Below are positions 59,601 through 64,000 of a stretch of 64,000 nt of DNA, one piece after another. Numbering within the stretch: the first letter of the stretch is position 1; every line of letters begins with the position of its first letter. Position numbers and translations under genes: made by a program. A model generated the notes under the pieces. It made no database searches, was not told where the DNA came from, and saw nothing but the letters and a program-made list of their open reading frames with translations. The stretch comes from Neophaeotheca triangularis. Taxonomy: Eukaryota. The DNA lies in contig BAAIJX010000038.1 of assembly GCA_054600435.1 (NCBI GenBank), positions 1-64,000 of the forward strand, given 5' to 3'.

Positions 59601-59917
59601 TAATCGAGTCTGCAAGATGGTTAGCATGAGGCTTCGTTCAGAGGACTCGAAATGTTGAAATAGGGGCTGCTTACCTTTGCAGATATGATTCATAGTCCGG
59701 AAGCCATTCTCGTGTAGCGTCGATGACGAAGCCCTGCGTGCCTTGTTAATGAATGAACGACAAGCCGAGACGCCTGGGCTTTACGTACCTCAGCTGAATC
59801 GGACGCCTTTGCCGGAGGCGGTAGAAGACTGACGGGCTTGCGCTTGTAAAGGACCTAGCTGAAGTGTCAGCACAATGAAGTTGCTGGGTGCGTGGCGATG
59901 CCCAAGGTACTCACCAT
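56693..59917 (-). CDS. ITC1: ISWI complex subunit Itc1/Acf1 (WAC, DDT, WHIM, WSD)
   Basis: ATG-only first coding exon (59915-59917), then VLYKRKPV, KFTDAVNGKSGLTFFAA, IKYPIED, LDTFTFDDF, LGLDRYCNRYYFFE and RGLREKKL; six 5' introns. Confidence 0.93.
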
Positions 59918-61177
59918 GCTGGCGACGCGGTGGGCCGTGCCCTAGGTCGTAGAGGGTGACCGCGATATCGATCGATATCTCACTCGAGAGAACGTTGCAG
60001 CGACGCGTCTACGCGAAGGGTTGTCTGCAGATTATTCGAGAGCCCCCGGCGGCCGCTCTGAGATTTTGTTCAAGTGTTTGGGCACCACCCGCGTACTACG
60101 ATTGAATCCCCGGTGGTCCGAACTAGGCTTGAGGGTGGATAGAAGTTTTGTATAGGAACGAGGCTCAAGGCGGTTGGTAAGGATGAAGGTGGATGGCGGA
60201 TTGAGAGTGAGGGTTGCGTCGTGGTGGTGGACTAGGCAGCCGTCGGTCGTGACAAGGGCGTTTGGGGGGGAGTCGCGCGCGCGGAGGAGGATGAGACGGT
60301 AGGGGCCCAGCAGTGGTGTCAATCGAGGTTATAGCCGTCTGATAGATGCTGTCGTGCTGCAGGATGGTGTTGGAGATGGTATGGGGGCGCGGTCGATGTC
60401 GTGGTGGCAGGTGGCAGGTGTTGTAAGGGAGAGAAGGCGACGAGGGAGAATTGCGGGAGGACATGGTCAAGAAATGGTGGGGAGCGCGCTGCGCTGCATG
60501 CATGGGCTTTTGGGCGAGCAGAAGGACGTTGGAGGTACTAAGGTACGCTTCGTACTCCATCCGGCAAGTGCGGCTCTACCCGGCACTCCCGATCAACCGA
60601 CCTCTTCTACACATTGCCCTTCTCCTCCACCAAGCTTCAAGGGGTCTACAGATGGATATCACTATCACGCCGATAATAGGCATATATGGGCTCATTCGAA
60701 TCACAAAATCTCAAATAAGAGCTCGATGTTTCTTACGACACATGTCGCTTCCATTGTTACCTGCGACCTGACCAGAGAACAACACTGTGCATCGCAGGGG
60801 CAGCTCACTCGCCAACTAGATACCCTTGATGAAGACCTCGATCTCGAATAGCTCATCCGACTGTGCGGGCTACTACAGCAATCAAGATCAATAAAACAGC
60901 GTAGGACACATATTTTCTCTCTACTTTTGACAATCGATAGAACAGAAAAAACAGCTTTGACACCATCGTTGTGCTGCTCGCTACCTATGGTCGCCACTGT
61001 ATTGATAAATGCACACCTTGACTGAGAAGCGTAATACAGATTGTGCGTCATGCTAAAAAGATCCATGGATGATCTCCAATTTTGAGCCCGCTCACCCATG
61101 AATATCGACTCTTCAAAGGGTGTGCAACCGAGCCCCTTCAACAACAATCTCCACCAACCCCCACCTTCCTGTTTCCC

Positions 61178-61513
61178 TTAACCCTCCCTCCTCCAACCTC
61201 TCTCCTTGAAGACCCATTCTTCTGCACTACCACTACTGCCGCCACTTCCCCAACTGCCCTCGCTACCAATCCTTCCCCTCCCCCCGGACCCATCCCTGTT
61301 ACCTCCTCCATAAGCCTCGCCACCATCAACCCTTCTGACCGCTCGAGCACAATGCGGACACGCTATTCTCAGCCTCTCCCTCACAATCTCATAGTCCTCG
61401 CAAAAGAGTACGCGACTGTGCTCGTCAAGCAGATTCTTCGGGCATGTGTGGGTGTGCATGGCGATGTGCGTGCTACAGTTACTGAAGTGGGTGTATTTGT
61501 GAAAGCACATCAT
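61178..61513 (-). CDS. Small hypothetical Cys/His-rich protein
   Basis: MCFHKYTHFSNCSTH..C..C..CPHC pattern, resembling small ascomycete zinc-binding-type ORFs, with a Gly/Ser-rich tail. Confidence 0.5.
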   Translation of the reverse strand: MMCFHKYTHFSNCSTHIAMHTHTCPKNLLDEHSRVLFCEDYEIVRERLRIACPHCARAVRRVDGGEAYGGGNRDGSGGRGRIGSEGSWGSGGSSGSAEEWVFKERGWRREG

Positions 61514-62051
61514 AGAGAAAGGTCGGCAATATGATGATTTGGCTGGCGGGGTGGGTAGCTGAGTAGAAAATGCGGAAGTCGCTGAAGGAAGTCTTGTGGT
61601 AGGCGGAGATTATTTCTGGGCCGCTCGATCGGGGTTTGGTTTGGTATCCTCGGTGCGTGTTGTGCGGTCGCTGTATTGAGCCCAGATATGAAGTTGCTCA
61701 GTTGTTTAAAAAGTCGAGCAAGCCCGGCGACCCCCTTGTATATTTTTTTGCTTTCTTCATTCTGTTTGTCGCCTAAGGCGGTCAGTATGCGACAAACAGC
61801 AAATAGGCGTCACGCCAGGATCGGACAAACACCAGTTCCCGCGAACTCGGCATTTTCACCAAACGGACAATTCTATGGGTAGATGATGGAATCCAGCTCT
61901 TGGCTCCCAAATAGCATCACTTAGGCGTATGTCGTCCGGGAGTAGGCAAACTTGATATTTTGTACAGCTCTTACAATACAAGCCAACCGCGTCTGTCCAC
62001 TCAAAACGCCGCCGGAGAACGCATCACATAGCACCTTGCTCATGCCATCCT

Positions 62052-62683
62052 CTAGTCCATCTTCACCACAGCACCCAGTCCCTTCATCGTCTCTATTATC
62101 TTCTCCGCCTCCTCCTTGGGAACCGCTTCTCTCATCGTCTTCGGGCATGACTCAACAAATTTCTTGCTGTCCACTAAGCTCAACCCGAGCATGCTCTTGA
62201 TCTCCTTGATAATCTTCGGCTTCGAGGCGGTGTCAATAGACTCTAGCTGGAGGTTGAAAAGCGTCTTCTCCTGCGCTGCTGGGGCGGCTTCCTCTGGCTC
62301 CTCTACCGGCGCTGCAGCAGCTTGTGCTGGGCCTGCGGCGAAGCCACCGACGGGCATGTCTGGGATATTGAGACGGCTCTGCATGTGTGTTAGCCCCCTC
62401 GCTTCCAGATCCTTCAATTCTCCCCTTTTCAAGTAGAACCACCAACCTTGAGGCTTGATACGAGATCCGCAGTCTCGAGCAGCGTCAGACCGCTAATCTG
62501 GTCCACAATGTCTGCGACCTTGGGGTTGCTCGGGGCCGCCGCCGCATCGGTGGATTGCCATCTCCGCGTTGGTTGCTGTCGTCTCCTCACGTTCGTAGTC
62601 GCTGCGCATCGGAAGGTGGAGGATTGAAAAGTTCGGGTGCTGCGAGCGCACTGCCTGACGGCATTATGGCAAGTGAGGGACAT
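62052..62683 (-). CDS. MNP1: Mitochondrial ribosomal protein bL12m (L7/L12)
   Basis: Arg-rich presequence; IVDQISGLTLLETADLV; intron 62446-62379; KIIKEIKSMLGLSLVDSKKFVES. Confidence 0.95.
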
Positions 62684-62955
62684 GGCTGCGGTGGATGAAT
62701 GAACTCGATGATAGATTTGCTCCAGAAGTCTCAATAACGCTTCATCAATTGCTCTCGTGCTTCCAATCGTCTCGAAGACTGCGGCTTGACGTCTCCTTTA
62801 GGCATAGCGTAGCGGTCGCGCTAAAGCCTCGGCTAATTTTGTTGCGACTTCGTTCGAAAACTTTCACGTCGCTATGAAGACGGCTTCGACCTGAAAGATT
62901 GTAATTTTTTCCATCTTCTATCGACAGCTTAATCCTGTCGCTGTGCACTATAACG

Positions 62956-64000
62956 ATGGAGTGTGATTGGGAGAATGCGCTGCTGGAGAGAGCTCAGCAG
63001 TTGCCTTCGGAGCTGTTGGATGTGATTCGAGACCAGAACAGCAGCCATGAACGATATCTCGAAGCTTTCACGCACGCCACGGTGGTGCACAATGGCCGGC
63101 ATCTCCCACAACTTCTTGCCCACTGCGACAATCTGTTCCCTCATATCTGTGCCGTCTTGAGCTCACGACGGAGCTGCACAGCTGCAATCGCTACACTAGG
63201 ACGCCTCGTACCCTTTGCTCCGTACTTAGCTCCCTATGCGCATCAAGTGCTCTCAAGAGCCGACTTTGCTCCCAATCTCGAGGAGCCAGATGGGAGCGAC
63301 GACGATCAAGTGGCGATTTTACTCGGCCTTTTCAGATTACTATCACATGATCATTGCGCTTTTACGAAACACATCCGACCTACGCAAATACACCAGCTTC
63401 TCGCAAGTCGGAACCGTCCTGTGGTTTACCTTGCTCTACGGATACTGCAGATATGTTTGAAAGGATCTGATTCTTGGTTTGAGGAGATGATGAGGCAGCA
63501 TTTCGGTCCCGACTCCCCGGACGGCGGCATCCATGGTTCCTACGACGACGTGTCGATCGACTACCGTTTCCTGTCTCTATGGGAAGAGGACCGGAACGAG
63601 AAGATGCAATTGGCTTCTACAGAGGTAACTGCGCAGGGAGATGTCATTCGGTCCAAGTCTGGCCGCATGTTGCCCTCATCCTGCTTCCATCATTCTACCG
63701 CGCTTCTTGGGAAGATTTTATTGCCCCGAACACAGTCGTATAACGGCTCATCAGACTCACTAGTCTGGACTGAAACAGTTCAAAGCAATGTGCAGCACAT
63801 CGCCCAGGCTATAAAGTCGTCTAGTCCCATGCTGCTCAACGGCTTGGCTGGCTCCGGAAAGACGTTGCTTATTCGTCACGTCGCAAGGACCGTTGGGAAA
63901 CTCGATGACATGATCACTCTCCACCTGAATGACCAAAGTGATGCGAAGCTGCTCGTGGGTATCTACACTACCGGCAAAACCCCTGGAACGTTCGTATGGA
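62956..64000 (+). CDS. MDN1: Midasin (AAA ATPase Rea1/Mdn1), 5' part, runs off the window
   Basis: Open frame from ATG 62956 ending LLNGLAGSGKT...LHLNDQSDAKLLVGIYTTGKTPGTFVW, which matches the first midasin AAA module. Confidence 0.92.
   Translation, partial: MECDWENALLERAQQLPSELLDVIRDQNSSHERYLEAFTHATVVHNGRHLPQLLAHCDNLFPHICAVLSSRRSCTAAIATLGRLVPFAPYLAPYAHQVLSRADFAPNLEEPDGSDDDQVAILLGLFRLLSHDHCAFTKHIRPTQIHQLLASRNRPVVYLALRILQICLKGSDSWFEEMMRQHFGPDSPDGGIHGSYDDVSIDYRFLSLWEEDRNEKMQLASTEVTAQGDVIRSKSGRMLPSSCFHHSTALLGKILLPRTQSYNGSSDSLVWTETVQSNVQHIAQAIKSSSPMLLNGLAGSGKTLLIRHVARTVGKLDDMITLHLNDQSDAKLLVGIYTTGKTPGTFVW

Noticed and set aside
1..64000. CRISPR arrays, tRNAs, autonomous transposons, secondary-metabolite backbone genes, and the many antisense/shadow ORFs in the track
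   Set aside because: None of these elements was seen. The shadow ORFs are by-products of GC-rich coding sequence in real genes.

Overview
This is the left end of a filamentous ascomycete (Pezizomycotina) chromosome; protein style suggests a Dothideomycete or black-fungus lineage, which is inference only. It opens with about 20 CCCTAA telomere repeats and a short TpA-rich, RIP-like block. An accessory subtelomeric zone to about 16.3 kb follows: an ABC-F ATPase, a GH43 endo-arabinanase, a frameshifted TAP-like hydrolase, an MFS permease and a frameshifted amino-acid permease. Dense core genes come next: RMD1, IAH1, a large RING protein, a PRISE-like SDR, PIK1, ATX2, HAT1, NOC3/NIP7, an SDR, GH47, ALG8, an Nrd1/Mrn1-like RRM protein, ITC1, mitochondrial bL12 and the 5' part of midasin. 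Features the ORF track does not show: (1) four tandem, highly diverged ~215-aa repeats of a domain I cannot name inside the 1691-aa RING protein; (2) a dispersed, divergent 5S rRNA with compensatory changes and a 3-nt insertion; (3) a fragmented FAD-oxidoreductase pseudogene; (4) a RIP-like foldback/MITE relic between ATX2 and HAT1; (5) a recurring C/A-rich to G/T-rich skew switch that is not apparent in the subtelomere; (6) candidate structured RNAs and uORFs. All calls come from reading the sequence by eye, and no database searches were run.
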